A stretch of DNA of 64,000 nt from Ostrea edulis. Lineage: Eukaryota. Location: assembly GCF_947568905.1 (NCBI RefSeq), contig NC_079164.1, positions 36,580,001-36,644,000 on the forward strand. The letters run 5' to 3'. This document shows positions 62,566 through 64,000 of this stretch, piece after piece; position 1 is the stretch's first letter; each line of letters starts with the position of its first letter. The notes below the pieces were generated by a model. That model had not been told where the DNA came from. It saw only the letters and a program-made list of their open reading frames with translations, and searched no databases. The translations under genes were made by a program, and so were the position numbers.

Positions 62566-62680
62566 ATCAGTCGCGAAGAAGAAATCAGTACCTATGTTTA
62601 CGTCTTAGAATGGATGTGGTCATGACACGAGTAGGTTCGAATTCACGAAGCAAACGCTCTACCACTGAGCTATCACGACC
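62566..62680 (-). mobile_element. SINE family B head fragment, inverted relative to 62128 copy
   Basis: Reverse complement ggtcgtgatagctcagtggtagagcgtttgcttcg...actcgtgtcatgacc...ctaagacgtaaacataggtactgatt. Confidence 0.75.
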
Positions 62681-63867
62681 GATCATTTACGCTTCTTTGA
62701 TATATAACAGGCATAATAAAAAGAAAATCACTAAAACATAATCTTATATTCAGAACTCAATTCCAAAAACAAAACGATTTGTCTCGTTAAATGTAAACAG
62801 CATTATATGAAATAATAGAGATAGAATCCCCCCCCCCCAATTTATTATGCAGCATTGAATAAGATGACCTTCAGCTTTGAATTTCATAAGCATTTATAAA
62901 ACAGCCATCACTCTAACTTGCACTCTAGACACGACATGGACGAGTTACTCGCTGATTATTTTACATCATACGCCCGAGTCTCTGCATATGGTAGATAAAT
63001 GAATGTATAAATTTATTGAATAATTTAGTAAAAATATATCAATATCAGATAAAAAGGAAAATAAAACAGCGAAATTACTTTGATATATAATTGATTTTGT
63101 TTGTTTGAAAAAATTCCCCTCCCATGAGTACCTTCTGTACTTTGATTCTACTTGGGGGACTGAATTCATTACTGTTGAAATCACTGTTAAATTTTCAAAT
63201 GAGGGAATTACGTGATCTTTTACTATGCCGCTGATTCCATCAAAAATATAGTTCCTTCTAATCCAAGTTCCCCGGAACCTCGTATGTCAGTATTTTAAAA
63301 TTGTAACTGTGAGGAAGAAACAGCAAAGTGACTGCATGACCCACATTGTAAAACTGAAGATCACACACCGACATATGTTGCATATCCTTTGATTGATTTT
63401 GTGTACTTTTACGCCGATTTGGAATGATGACAAGAATCCATCCCTAAGTTGAAAAGGAAAAAGAAAATCGCTCTTTCCAGTTATACGTATACATAGGTAA
63501 TAATTACATCCAAAATTAGAACAAAATGAAGTATGGTTTATTATGTAGGAGTCTTTCAACTATACGTTCAAGTTTTTAACCACATGTTTTCAGTTACAAA
63601 TTTAAGATTTTGACTCCATGTACTGTAAGATTTTCACTAAAGTTGAAGACTTTGACTCGAAGTTTAAAATATTCTAAAACTACGAGTTTAAAATTGTGAA
63701 TTTTTGTTTAAGATTTTGACTTCCTGTATAAGATTTCTTATCTGGGTTACTTATTCTCCACAAATCTGTTTTTAACTTTTGTTTTATTTTTAAAACAGCT
63801 GATCTGTGTAAGAATGAAAGTGAGAATATTGTACAAGATTCCAGTCCCCATGTTAGTAATGTCATTA

Positions 63868-64000
63868 TGAAATTGACTACGGATAACTCCGCTTACCTGA
63901 TTAAGATATAGAACTCATGGCGGGTGTGACCGGTCGACAGGAGGTGCTTACTCCTCCTAGGCACCTGATCCAACCTCTGGTATATCCAGAGGTCCGTGTT
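63868..64000 (+). mobile_element. Family A copy truncated by window end
   Basis: ttgactacggataactccgcttacctgatt...ggcgggtgtgaccggtcgacagg...ctcctcctaggcacctgatcc. Confidence 0.88.

Overview
AT-rich, repeat-dense animal genomic DNA. The repeat families resemble bivalve/oyster elements; this is an inference, not a database match. The only protein-coding gene I can support is an nNOS-like, PDZ-containing nitric oxide synthase on the minus strand. It has five coding exons (8327-7317, 6653-6508, 920-758, 324-233, 124-<1) that splice in frame with GT-AG boundaries, and it runs off the left edge inside the oxygenase domain. The remaining ~55 kb (8.5-64 kb) has no recognisable coding exon. It is probably 5'-UTR intron/upstream regulatory space, with several candidate alternative first exons, nine perfect CRE sites, a 24-copy E-box minisatellite, other minisatellites, tRNA-derived SINEs, ten copies of one retroelement 3' end, MITEs and Helentron/satellite-like arrays. 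The most unusual signal is a set of small non-coding inserts whose long hairpins carry tandem G.A (CGAG/CGAG) mismatches, G.T wobbles and, in one case, a GAA triloop. These features favour folding of one strand only, suggesting a mobile-DNA family with a folded single-stranded intermediate. The NOS linker also carries a cluster of candidate dynein light chain LC8/PIN motifs.
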